Origin: Octopus sinensis
Taxonomy: Eukaryota
NCBI RefSeq assembly: GCF_006345805.1
Contig: NC_043001.1
Location: 3,286,001 to 3,350,000 of the forward strand
Length of the DNA: 64,000 nt
Direction: 5' to 3'
This document shows, in pieces, positions 24,316 to 36,670 of this stretch. Both the position numbers and the translations under genes were made by a program. Positions within the stretch are counted from its first letter, which is position 1. Every line of letters starts with the position of its first letter. The notes beneath the pieces were generated by a model. That model did no database searches. It worked only from the letters and a program-made list of their open reading frames with translations, and was not told the DNA's origin.

Positions 24316-24720
24316 TTCTTTTCTTTTTTCTTTTACTTGTTTCAGTCATTTGACTGTGGCCATGCTGGAGCACCGCCTTTAGTCGAGCAAATCGACCCGG
24401 GACTTATTCTTTGTAAGCCCAGTACTTATTCTATTGGACTCTTTTGCCGAACCGCTAGTGACGGGGACGTAAACACACCAACATCGGTTGTCAAGCAATG
24501 CTAGGGGGACAAACACAGACATACAAACACACACACACATATATATACATATATACGACAGGCTTCTTTCAGTTTCCGTCTACCAAATCCACTCACAAGG
24601 CATCGGTTGGCCCGGGGCTATAGCAGAAGACACTTGCCCAAGATGCCACACAGTGGGACTGAACCTGGAACCATGTGGTTGGTTAGCAAGCTACTTACCA
24701 CACAGACACTCCTGCGCCTA
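24316..24720 (-). mobile_element. Full-length CORE-like SINE
   Basis: tRNA head, cttgggcaagtgtcttc core, internal (TA)/(TG) tract, and tail ending gactgaaacaagtaaaaga. Confidence 0.9.
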
Positions 24721-25576
24721 TATATACATATATATATATATATTGTCATCATCGTTTTTTCATGTGTCTGATGATTTATTTGGTTTTTTTCTTGGCCACT
24801 TCATCCACTCTGTCTGTGCATCTGATGATTAATGAGGCCGATTCTTGCATGGAAGTGTCTGTTGCAAAGTTCCCGAGAGATCCGTGGAAGAGGCTTTCGG
24901 TTGTTGCAGCCTCCATTTTCTCTCTTGTCATTTCTCTTCTTCTTTCCTCTTCAAAGTAGTCTGAGAATCGAAATCACAATCTTGAGATTGAGAGAGCAAC
25001 ATGCCTAACCACTGAGCCATGCTACATTTATGCTATGCTTTGATGTTTATGATTGCGGAACACTTCGGCGTCGATGCTGCAGTTGGCATCCTAGCTTGAC
25101 ACATTAAAACAAACACGGATAGTAGCGAGTGCACGATTAGTGCAATGACGATTATAAAGCTCCACGTCTGAAGATTCAACAATTGTTATCAAACCAATCA
25201 ATTGTTGTCCTAATTATATTATTAGAAAGCAATATTCAGTTTGAAATTAGTTGTAACAACGGAGAATATAAAATTTTGCATCGACGTTTGAAGTGTTAAG
25301 ATTTATCAATTTATTTCCAAATGCAGATTCAACTTTGCAATAAATTTTGACTTGAATATATCTAATGTTAATATGTGATGTGTCTTTCTTTTTATATTAT
25401 TTTACTTAAAGTGATGATGATCATGATAACAATGATGAGGTTGATTAATTATATGAATTCAAATATGCCTACGTGTCTGTATTCATATGTATATAGATAC
25501 ATTTACATATATACATATACGTATACATACATACATATATGCATGTATGTATGTATGTATATATATATATATATAT

Positions 25577-26100
25577 AGGCACAGGAGTGGCTATGTGGTA
25601 AGTAGCTTGCTAACCAACCACATGGTTCCGGGTTCAGTCCCACTGCGTGGCATCTTGGGCAAGTGTCTTCTGCTATAGTTCCGGGCCTACTAATGCCTTG
25701 TGAGTTGATTTGGTAGACGGAAACTGAAAGAAGCCTGTCGTATATATATATAGGTACAGGAGTGGCTGTGTGGTAAGTGTCTTCTGCTATAGCCCCGGGC
25801 CGACCAATGCCTTGTGAGTGGATTTGGCAGACGGAAACTGAAAGAAGCCTGTCGTATATATGTATATATATATATATGTATGTGTGTGTGTTTGTGTGTC
25901 TGTGTTTGTCCCCCTAGCATTGCTTGACAACCGATGCTGATGTGTTTAAGTCCCCGTCACTTAGTGGTTCAGCAAAAAGAGACCGATAGAATAAGTACTG
26001 GGCTTACAAAGAATGAGTCTCAGGGTCGATTTGCTCGACTAAAGGCGGTGCTCCAGCATGGCCACAGTCAAATGACTGAAACAAGTAAAAGTAAAAGTAA
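25577..26100 (+). mobile_element. CORE-like SINE with a tandemly duplicated head
   Basis: Complete head 25577-25742, second internally deleted head from about 25751, then the tail. Confidence 0.9.
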
Positions 26101-26160
26101 GTATATATATATATATTTATACACACACACACACATATATATGTGTGTATAAATATATAT

Positions 26161-26362
26161 CATCATCATCATCATCATCGTTTAGCATCCGCTTTCCATG
26201 CTAGCATGGGTTGGATGGGTCAACTGGGGTCTGTGAAGCTGGAAGGCTTCGTCAGGCCCAGTCAGATCTGGCAGTGTTTCCACGGCTGCATGCCCTTCCT
26301 AATGCCAACCACTCCGCGAGTGTAGTGGGTGTTTTTTACGTGCCACCTGCACAGGTGCCAGA
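26161..26362 (-). mobile_element. RTE 3' UTR fragment
   Basis: (cat)n cgtttagcatccgctttccatgctagc..cccttcctaatgccaaccactcc. Confidence 0.88.
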
Positions 26363-26746
26363 CATATGTGTATGTATATATATATATATACATATATACG
26401 AATACAAATACACACACACACATGCATATATTTATGAAAATGTCTGACTGCTACATAAATCTGAGTAATGTCTTCACTTGATTTTCCTCTTAAAAAGGAG
26501 CAGATTGGTTTGGATGGGATTTCTCAATCCTTCTTGGGGCTCACATCCTTGTCAAGAGATTTAGGCAATGATGGCTACCTCTTAGGGCAGCCATCACAAT
26601 TTCAGTGTGGTTTAGGTGAACCATCGTACAGCATTTCTGTTCACCTCCAGAGGTGCTTTCTTTTCTCCTGTGACTAACACTGCCGGGTCATGCAATTAAC
26701 AACCAAGACAAAGCAGAAATAATGTTGACCTTAATTGATAATATCG

Positions 26747-26778
<32 letters not shown>

Positions 26779-27055
26779 GTCATCATCGTCATCGTCGTTG
26801 TCGTTGTCGTTTTATGTCTGTTTTCTTTTTTTCCTTCATTACTGCTAGAGGTTATGCAATGGTTATAAAATGTTCTTTTTTTCAAAAGAGCCAGAAGCAC
26901 ATGTCTGGGAATTCAGTACAGGGTTAGGGTACTGGGTAGAGAGTTTTTTTTACTCCTTTTGTCACAAAAGAGAATTTCTCCTTCATGGTAGCAACAGTGA
27001 ATTAGCTTTTCAGAAGTTAGAAGAACACAAACACCTTTCAACTAACCTAAATTTC

Positions 27056-27088
<33 letters not shown>

Positions 27089-27749
27089 AAAATATATACA
27101 TAGATCAATAGATAAATAGATAGGTAAGTAGGTAGATAGATGGATAAATAGATAGACAGACAGATATATTTTAATAAATATAGCCAAAACGATCAAATGC
27201 CCTTCTCAAACCTTTGGCTGACAAGGCTGGTTTCACAGATTCTGTGGCCTGTATATTCCCTCTCAGGAAGGGATTCTGGGCCATCAGAGGATTGCTTGTT
27301 TCTGCTGTATGGAATGGTGCAATGTAAAATGAAGTGTTTTTTGCTCAAGCATAAAAGCCATCACCTGGCCCAGGAATTGAAACTGCTGCCTCCATGGATA
27401 AATTCGCACACACACAGTTACACGCACACTTAAATGTTTGTGTGTGTGTATGTTGAAGCCATTGTAACAGTGTCTCTGTGACAGTGGTTTCGTTTAGCCT
27501 ACAGCCTCTCATATATATATAAGACACCAAACTTTGAAAATTTCAGACTCAATTATGGACGACAAAATAAATTTCTCTTCACCAGAATTCCAATAAGTTG
27601 AATGAAAATGCTTAATATCTTTGAAGTGTTACTTAATTGGTCTCATTTCTTCAGGTCATAATTAACGAGTCTAACCTCAAGAAAGCCAAGAAACTTACAT
27701 GTTTGTATTAGTTTATTTAACCTGAAAAAATGTTGTCACCTATTCCTAT

Positions 27750-28075
27750 CATCATCATCATCATCATCATCATCCCCATCCTCCTCCTCCCCTCCAATCT
27801 GATCTGGCAATGTTTCTACAGCTGGATGCTTTTCCTAATGCCAACCACTCTGAGAGTGTAGTGGGTGCCTTTTACATGCCACCTGCATGAGGTCCAATCA
27901 GGCAGTACTAACATCAGCCATGCTTGGATGGTGCTTTTCACCTGCCACAGGCGTTGGAGCCAGTCAGGCAGTACTGGCAATGACCACACTCGAATGGTGC
28001 TTTTTACATGCCACTGGCATGGTTGCCAATTAGGCGGTACTGTCATCGGCCATGACAATGATTTGGTGTACATAA
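27750..28075 (-). mobile_element. RTE 3' UTR fragment with internal repeats of about 50 bp
   Basis: ctacagctggatgc..aatgccaaccactc; repeated units of the form tggtgctttt..tgccac. Confidence 0.85.
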
Positions 28076-28364
28076 AAAGACTGAAGTAGGGGGGCAGGCT
28101 TTGCAATTCTCCATATATAATTTGGTGAGCCCAAACTAATTTCTGATTAACCCATTCATGCCGATCATCCATTTAAACTGACCCTTAATTTATAAGGGTA
28201 TAAAAGAAATACTTGATACAAATTGTGATTTGTGTATGATCTGTATCAAAGAAGGAAACATGTTCTTAACGTGTATGGAGACTGTATCAAACGGATTTCA
28301 ATGAAATTCTTTCAGTTGCTATTTCGGTCAGAATAACAAGCAATTTCATTCACTACAGCTTTGA

Positions 28365-28582
28365 AGGCGGCAAGCTGGCAGAAACTTTTTAATATGCCGG
28401 GCAAAAGGCTTAGTGGTATTTCATCTGCCATTACGTTCTGAGTTCAAATTCCACCGAGGTCGAATTAACATTTCACCCTTTCGGGGTCGATAAATTAAGT
28501 ACCAGTCGCATACTGGGGCCGATCTAATCGACTAGCCCCCTCCCCCAAAATTTCAGGCCTTGTACCTAGAGTAGAAAAGGAT
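28365..28582 (+). mobile_element. Meta-like SINE with alternative tail (ccccaaaatttcaggccttg)
   Basis: Family core plus a distinct 3' end also seen at 30150-30362 and 53690-53900. Confidence 0.85.
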
Positions 28583-30063
28583 AATGTGCAGCTTTGCATC
28601 ATTTTTACTTTCAAATGATGCCACCCTGCATGCCAATGGGATGCTAGTCTATGGCAGGGGGACCTATTCACAGCTGAGGGGACTGGAGCAATGTGTTTTG
28701 CTCAAGAACACACTGTGCTGCCTAGACTGGGAATCAAACCCATCATCTAGCTATTGTGAGTGCAACTCCCTAACCACTACGCCATGCACCTTCACCCCCC
28801 TCCCACACACTTGCATGTCTACATGTGAATGTATGCAATGTGTTCGAGTGCATTTGTTTACATTTGCACTCAACGAAAGACATTCAAAACGAGTGATGGT
28901 GTTGTCCTCTCTCTTTTCGTTAAACCATTCACTCGCTTGGTATTCTCAAAGATGTTTGAAAGAAGAAATGCTGTACTTAAAAAGCTGGTAAGAGTTAGCC
29001 ATAAGAAGGCCATCTGGCTGTAAAGCAATACCCCAGTAATATATTCATTTATCTAACCCATATTAGCAAAGAAAACGGGCATAAGACAAACAGACAAATA
29101 GAAATTTAAGACAAATTCCAGGATTTTAAAATTAGTTCAAGAGAGAAGAATGATGTGAGGACAAAATCTGTTTTGTCTTCTCTTTATTAAAGAATGGTTT
29201 GAACGCCAACATATTTGTCTAAGAATTGGGCAGGGAAGCAGGAGTGTGGTGCTTTTGCCAGTTTGGGAATTACTATAGGTACATCATTACTGTCAACATC
29301 ATCATCATGATCATCATGATGATGATCATCATCATTAGCATCATGTGTCACTGCAATAGTGAATTCCAGCAGCTGCAACTACCACCACTACTACTACCAC
29401 TATAAACACCACCAACACCATGGCCACCACCACAAGTGCAACCACCACCACAAACACCACTAACACCAGCACCACCTTCATCATCATTATCACCATCATC
29501 CTCGTTGTCATTGGTTTCATCATCATTATTATCATTAACCAAAATAAAACCATTCCAACTCCTATAAAGACTGGTTCCAGTTCTTAATAATGATTGACAT
29601 CCAAAGTCCATGAAATGTGGTGGGAGGCTGGAGAAGTGTGAGGAGATGCGAGGAACTGCGCAGTAAAACTCTCCCAGACATAACTGCCACAAGTGATGCG
29701 ATAAATAATGACAGAATCTGAACAAGGTAAAACGGTGACCAGGAGCAGCAGCAGCAGCCATGGCAGCAGCAGCAACAGCAGCAGCATACATGTTTAGATT
29801 ACTTTTGGTTCAAAACCTTTTCATTCAGTCTCTCTTTCAAACATAAGTAAATGTGTATGTATGTATGTATGTATGTATGTATGTATGTATGTACATGTAT
29901 ATGTATGTTTGTGTGTGTGTGTAAATATATACATAAATAAATATATATATATATAAATACACATACATGTCTATCTATATATATATACATATATATACAT
30001 ATGCATACACACATATAAGTACATTTTTACATACATACATATATATATATATATATGTATATA

Positions 30064-30122
<59 letters not shown>

Positions 30123-30149
30123 ATCTTATATATGTATATATGTATATAT

Positions 30150-30362
30150 AAGGCGAGCTGTCAGAATCGTTAGCAGGCCGGGTGAAATGTTTATTGGCAT
30201 TTCATCTGTCTTTACATTCTGAGTTCAAATTCCGCCAAGGTCGACTTTGCCGTTCATCCTTTTGGGGTTGATAAATTAAGTACCGGTTCCGTACTGGGGT
30301 CGATCTAGTCAACTGGCCTCTTCCTCCAAAATTTCGGGCCTTGTGCTTAGAGTAGAAAAGTA
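30150..30362 (+). mobile_element. Meta-like SINE, alternative-tail subfamily
   Basis: aggcgagctgtcagaatcg..gagttcaaattcc..gtcgactttgcc..gagtagaaaag. Confidence 0.85.
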
Positions 30363-31482
30363 TTTATTTATATGTGTATGTGTGTATAATGTATATATAT
30401 AATTTATACATACACACACATATATATATTCATACATACATTTTATATATGCATGTGTGTATGTGTGGGTGTGTGGGTGTGTGTATGTCTACCTGCATCA
30501 TGTGCAAATGTGCCATTATAATATATATAATATATAATATATGTGATATGGTTCGCTCACACAGACACACATATCTGCATACATAGCTTCATCACATGTG
30601 GTTACACCCACATACATGGAAAGTAAACAGATATCCGTCAGTTTCAATGACGTATATTGTTTAATGTTTGGTTAAGCGAACTCGTTAATGTGGCTGAATA
30701 TTCCTCAGCAATATTTAATCTAAATGCAATTCTCGTGCAGAATCATTATGACTTTACATGTGATAAAGCTGCCTCAGCGTATCACTGGTACAGCTCATCT
30801 GACAGACTGCTGCAGAGAGCATGGTTCTATTTTGAATCACAATGCTTGATTCAGCTGAAGGTTGTGGTATGAGACTAATCCCAAGATATCCCACATAGGA
30901 ATTGAACCTGCAGCCTCTTGTTTGTGAAATGAACATATGAAGTACATGATCACAAATGTGTTGTGCTGTACTGATACATATATACACATATATACAGACA
31001 CACACCTACACATGCACCCTCTTTCACAAATAGAGAACATGCGCACACACACACACATATTTGTGTATGTGTGTGTATCTATCTATCATCTAACTATATA
31101 TGTAAATATATTTAATAACATACGTAAGTGTTCATGTGTGTTTGCTTGGAGGCATATATAATTATGATGTGTGTGTGTATGTATGTATATTCTCCACATG
31201 CACGCATACATAATTCTACAGAGGCAAATATAAAAAGAAACACTCACACATGCACTGACTCACACACACTAAAACATACACACTCATACACACACACTCT
31301 CACATGAACACAAATACACACACTCAGGCATATACCACACACACACACTCACACACACACAAATACATGCACACACACTCACACACACAAATACACACAA
31401 ATACACACACACACTCACACACACATATCACATACTCACACACAAATACACGCACACTCACACAAATACACACTCTCACACA

Positions 31483-31527
<45 letters not shown>

Positions 31528-31549
31528 CCACACACATACAGATGGTAAT

Positions 31550-32350
31550 CATAAATAGCTGCGTTAACACTTTTAACTATCATGTCTGAAAGAAACTAAC
31601 TCGATGTTAGTAGTTAAAGGAACTAAAACCAAAAACTTCTTTTGGCATGAGTAATTATTCATGTGAACGAAACAAGGCAAGGTTTAGTGAGGAATGGCGA
31701 GGTAGGAACGGAGGAAGAAGCATTAGACTCAACGGTGGCTTTTGTTCTTATTCTTCAGCTTTACTGTAGAACTAATCAGCTGAGGAATTTCCAAGTAGAT
31801 TTGTTGCACAGGATAAGAATTGAGATCTTTGCCTTACCGAAAGTAATAATATTCAAAGATTCTGATATAATGGCGCTTGTGAGGAATTCGATTTGCAAAG
31901 CAGTGAAAAAGTAGATGTTCCGCTCCAATGATCTGAAAGTCTGTGGTGAAAATGAAACATTGTAGAGTATTCAAGAACGATCGCATGAAAAATGGACACG
32001 AAATCCCCTAACTGACATCAACTGACTGGTTATGTCCTTAACTTCAAGCTGCAAACTTATAAAGAAACGGCAACGGAAGAAGAAGAAGAAGAAGAAGAAG
32101 AAGAAGAAGAAGAAGAGGTGGAAAACAATATTGTGATTTCTAACTCTCTTTCCCACTATCTCCTTCTCTCTCTTCCTCGCTGTCTCTCTTCCTCTTTATT
32201 TTATTTCACAGTTTTACATTGATGAAGATCTCGTAAGAGCTCTCTCTCTCTCTCTCTCTGTCATTTCAGCACCAATAGTTACTATTATGGTGAAAAGTGG
32301 AATAATAATATACTCTGTGCTATGCAGTTATGGCCGCTTCCATTCGTTGC
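31550..32350 (-). promoter_or_regulatory. CpG-retaining unique segment; possible promoter or first exon
   Basis: CpGs visibly denser than in the flanks (not computed); (GAA)n and (CT)n tracts; minus-strand donor TTCG|GTAAGG at 31837. No homology recognised. Confidence 0.2.
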
Positions 32351-32469
32351 TAGCAGCAGCAGCAGCATATGTGAACTGGTGAATGCACATGTGCAACGTC
32401 TTGCATAGACATTGAAACATGTACTTTTAAATATGTGTGTATGTGTGTGTCTGTGTCTGTTTGTGTGCT

Positions 32470-32509
<40 letters not shown>

Positions 32510-32916
32510 TACATACACACAAGGAATTTTGACAGTGAGCAGGTTGCAGTCTCAAAGCGATGAAAATATTTTGGCAAATTAAATTTAAATGTTGAAGTGT
32601 ATCTAACGGTTGTTGTGTGTTTCTTAAATGGTTTATAAACAACTTCCATGCTGCAATTATTTTCGTTCCAGCACACAATCTCAGATCAGGTCATTTACTA
32701 TGCAAGTACATCCCTATATATATATATATGTATATATAATAATAAATATTAGGGAATAAATTCAAATTTTCAGGGAAAAATCAGATTTAGGATTGAATCC
32801 AATTTTATAGAAAAATATTATATAATATTAATTAGAGACAAAACCACTATTTTGCAAATCAAACAAGGAAAGACTTAATCAATACATAAAAATTTTAATA
32901 TAAAGTAAATAAATCG

Positions 32917-32960
32917 CCACTACAAGTGTTTCCTGTCTTCAAATGACATTCATCAGGTGG
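32917..32960 (-). ncRNA. Minimal type I hammerhead ribozyme motif (inverted twin)
   Basis: Reverse complement reads ccacCTGATGAatgtcatttgaagacagGAAACacttGTAgtgg. Confidence 0.75.
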
Positions 32961-33004
32961 ATTTCATATCTAAAAATGACATTCAAATGACATTCATATG
33001 AAAT

Positions 33005-33048
33005 CCACCTGATGAATGTCATTTGAAGACAGGAAACAATTGTAGTGG
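33005..33048 (+). ncRNA. Minimal type I hammerhead ribozyme motif
   Basis: CCAC-CTGATGA-A-TGTC-atttgaa-GACA-G-GAAAC-aatt-GTA-GTGG: stem I CCAC/GTGG, stem II TGTC/GACA, palindromic stem III ACAATTGT, GUA cleavage triplet. Confidence 0.8.
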
Positions 33049-33889
33049 CGATTTATTTACTTTATATTAAAATTTTTATGTATTGATTAAGTCTTTCCTT
33101 GTTTGATTTGCAAAATAGTGGTTTTGTCTCTAATTAATATTATATATATGTATATATATATATATATATGTAGGGGACTGAACCTGGAACCATGTGATTG
33201 GTAAGCAAATATATCTGTATCCAACGTATGTGGGACATTCTGTCTGTGGGTGTCTTTGTTGATTTGCTAGCTGACTCCTCCTACATCGTTTTATGGATTT
33301 TGATGAAACTTGATATGTGAGTAGAACTCATGTCTGGAAACCTCATGGCATACTCAGATTGTTGAAGGATTCATTTGTATAGCAATAATCCAAAATCACA
33401 AAGGGGATAAGTAGATAGACAAAGAGCATGTTTCATCAACAACATCATAGTTGTTACTGAGATTTTTTCACAGGAAGACACTGCTTAGCATTGACTTTAG
33501 TTTGTTATTTAGATTTACTAATGGGGGGGGGGGGAGGTAATTTTATTGACTAGTTTATCAAGTTTAATGGAAACTAGAATCTATCTTTTATGGATAGGGT
33601 AAAAAGTCAGTTTAAGAGGCAAAGTCATAAATTAAGATCCCTTTGAAGTAGAAACCATTGGGATTCAGTAAGAATATATTCCAACCAAAATTTGCAGACT
33701 AAAGCTGATGGGGGAAGGGAGAGTAAAACTTATAATACTTAATTATTTGGCAATGATAATTCGAAATACATAGGTACATTTTAGAGAGTTTTTTTCACAA
33801 GAAGTCAGAATATTTTCAGTATTTTACACAATAGAGGGATGGAGAATATAGAAATAATTCCATATCTATATATTTCTATACTAACTTAA

Positions 33890-33995
33890 CATATATTTAT
33901 AGTTAATAATCAAATAGTAATTTTTGGTTAAATTAAAGGAATATGTTAAAAATTTCATATATTTTCTATATGCTAATAATCTTAGAACATATTTC

Positions 33996-34026
<31 letters not shown>

Positions 34027-35542
34027 AGAAATCGTTTAACGGACGTTAAACGATTTCTTGTATTATAAAATAGAGAGTGAAATATATCAGTATGGATCTG
34101 TATAGGTTAAGTGTGAACTCTATAGAAATGTATTATCAATAAAATGATATAGCGAGTAAATAAGTAAGACAAAAAAGGCGTTTAAGATTAAAGTAAAGGA
34201 ATTTAAATGACTATTTTAAAAAATAAATATAAATTATTTTAGAATATTATAGATAAGGGGTAGACTAGCTTCGTGTTCTAAAAACTTATAAAAAATACCT
34301 AGCTTATTCATATTAATAGGTGAGGTAAGTTGTTATAAGAAATTCTCTTATAATTTTATAGGTATACAATAGTTATTAAGAAATTTAGTAACATAAGCAA
34401 ATTGAATAAAGTTGAATAAATGTTTTTTTTAATTTCTATAATTATTACATAAATTCTATATATTTAATGAAGTTATTAAGTTGTATACTTAATCCACAAT
34501 AGGTTTTAAAAATTTGGTAATTTCCATATCTATTCCTGCGAGAATTCTACTCCACCTAATCCTTTTTCAATATTAATAATATTACCTCTGATAAGCTTAA
34601 ATTATTATAGCCCATATAACTACACATCACTCTTAATACTAAATTTAAATATTTCTATTTTTAGTAACTTACATTTTGGTTACCTCCCTTCCATTGTATT
34701 TTAAAGATTTTGGTATGTAAGTCAATGCCTTATTTACTGGGAATCTCCTCTTAAAAGATCTTCTAAATCCCCTTAATTAATATTCAAAACCTGATAAAGA
34801 ATAGATAATAATATCTAAGTTACTTGGTTTCTATTTCTCTAAAACAACTCTACCCTCATGCTCTTTGTATGTATTAGAAAGCTTTATGAATTGGTACTTA
34901 TAAAATGGTCTTTACTTATTTATAAATAAATAAGTAAATAACAGTCTTTAAGTACCAATTAATAATTATAAATTATCATATAAAGATTAATAATAGCATT
35001 TTCTTAAATCTATAATAGAACCCAAAATTTTATATAAGTTTTATTAATATTATAACTTTTGCCCAATATCAATTTCTTTTTATGATAATTCCCATGATAA
35101 GTAAATATAAATTTTAGCCTAAAAATTATAAAATTATAAGAGAATTTCTTATAACAACTTACCTATTAATGTGAATATGCTAGGTATTTTTTATAAGTTT
35201 TTAGAACACAAATCTATTCTACCCCTTATCTATAATATTCTAAAATAATTTATATTTATTTTTCAAAATAGTCATTTAAATTCCTTTACTTTAATCTTAA
35301 ACGGCTTTTTTTTCTTACTTATTTACCCGCTATATCATTTTATTGATAATACATTTCTATAGAGTTCACGCTCAACCTATACAGAACCATACTGATATAT
35401 TTCACTCTCTATTTTATAATACAAGAAATATATTCTAAGATTATTAGCATATAGAAAATATATGAAATTTTTAACATATTCCTTTAATTTAACTCATTAA
35501 TACCAATAAATTACTATTTACTAATTAACTATAAATATATAT
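33890..35542. repeat. Large inverted repeat (arms of about 415 bp, spacer of about 765 bp) in very AT-rich, possibly L1/Tx1-derived DNA
   Basis: 33890-34360 is the reverse complement of 35127-35542 apart from scattered substitutions and indels. A LINE origin is only hinted at (QWKGG and EKGLGG on the minus strand). Confidence 0.85.
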
Positions 35543-35574
35543 TGGGTTGGTAAAGAAACTTATATAAATATAAG

Positions 35575-35750
35575 TTCTTTAGGTGCCATGCAAGTGTTGT
35601 TGCATTGCGTCTCTCTGGGACCCTGAAAGATCTGTGGTTGTTCAGGCGAATTTTAAATTTGGATTCACAATATCCGACATAAATTTTAGCGTGTGTCCCT
35701 GTTTTGGCATTGATATTACTGATATTTGTACTGCTTTTGTTTGGGGCTAC
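35575..35750 (-). mobile_element. Penelope-like GIY-YIG endonuclease fragment
   Basis: AKIYVGYCESKFKIRLNNHRSFRVPERRNATTLAWHLK matches the PLE pattern YIGxxExxFKxRxxNHxxSF..RxxTxLxxH. Confidence 0.8.
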
Positions 35751-36111
35751 CTTTGCTGGGTAACGCTGTAGCTGGATGTCTTGCACTTTGCTTGCATCCG
35801 GGCCTCTTGGTATCAATGGTGAAAGTCATTGTGGTGTTGTACATGCTAAACACTTGCATGGCACTTTGCTGACACTCATTCATCAGTGACGGTCATACAT
35901 TTCTTATAAGTAGACAGCCATCATGTATGTATGCATGTATATACATGTGTATGCATGTATATATGTATGTATTATGCATGCATGTATATGCGTGTGTTCT
36001 CTTCTGATTTTAATGGTTTAAATTCTTCCTCTGAAGAAGGAGTTGGCTTCTAACAAATATACAAAACTCCATCACTCAAAGTAGATGACAAAAATAATGT
36101 CATTTTAAACT

Positions 36112-36412
36112 TGGCATAGTGGTGAAGAGCATGGGCTACTAACCCCAAGATTCCGAGTTCGATTCCAGGCAGTGACCTGAATATGAATAATAATAATAAT
36201 AATAATTATTATTATTATTATTATTATTATTATAATCGTTTAACATCCGCTTTCATGCTGGCATGGGTTGGACGATTTGACTGAGGACTGGTGAGCCAGA
36301 TGGCTGCACCAGGCTCCAGTCTGATCTGGCAGAGTTTCTACAGCTGGATGCCCTTCCTAATGCCAACCACTCAGAGAGTGTAGTAATACTACTAATACTA
36401 CTACTAATAATA

Positions 36413-36458
<46 letters not shown>

Positions 36459-36630
36459 TGATGATGATGATGATGATGATGACGACATCCAAAAATACCT
36501 TAGGAATGAGAATCCAGGTTTGAAATTTCCCCAAAGACACCTGATGAAGGCTGGACGGTATATCAGCTGAAACTTGTGTTAACAACAAACAAGATGAGTT
36601 CAAACATCCACCAAATGTAAATAATGTTGA
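36112..36630 (+). mobile_element. tRNA-Arg-like SINE with hammerhead (copy 2), interrupted by an RTE 3' end
   Basis: Head ..gggctactaaccccaagattccgagttcgattccaggc; RTE piece at 36234-36385 inside (AAT)n; gacacCTGATGAaggctg..cagctGAAAC at 36536-36580. Confidence 0.88.
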
Positions 36631-36670
36631 GAAACATCTTACAGATTTTTACTGTTCCACTTACAGATTG

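Larger units (their letters stand above)
32740..33146. mobile_element. Penelope-like pLTR inverted duplication between (TA)n tracts
   Basis: 151-bp arms at 32819-32969 and 32996-33146 with one mismatch; each arm carries a full hammerhead. Confidence 0.8.

Noticed and set aside
29348-29791. Minus-strand ORFs, one with an apparent signal peptide (MLLLLLLLPWLLLLLLVTVLPC)
   Set aside because: The hydrophobic run comes from a (CTG)n repeat; the rest has no recognisable domain or supported splice structure.
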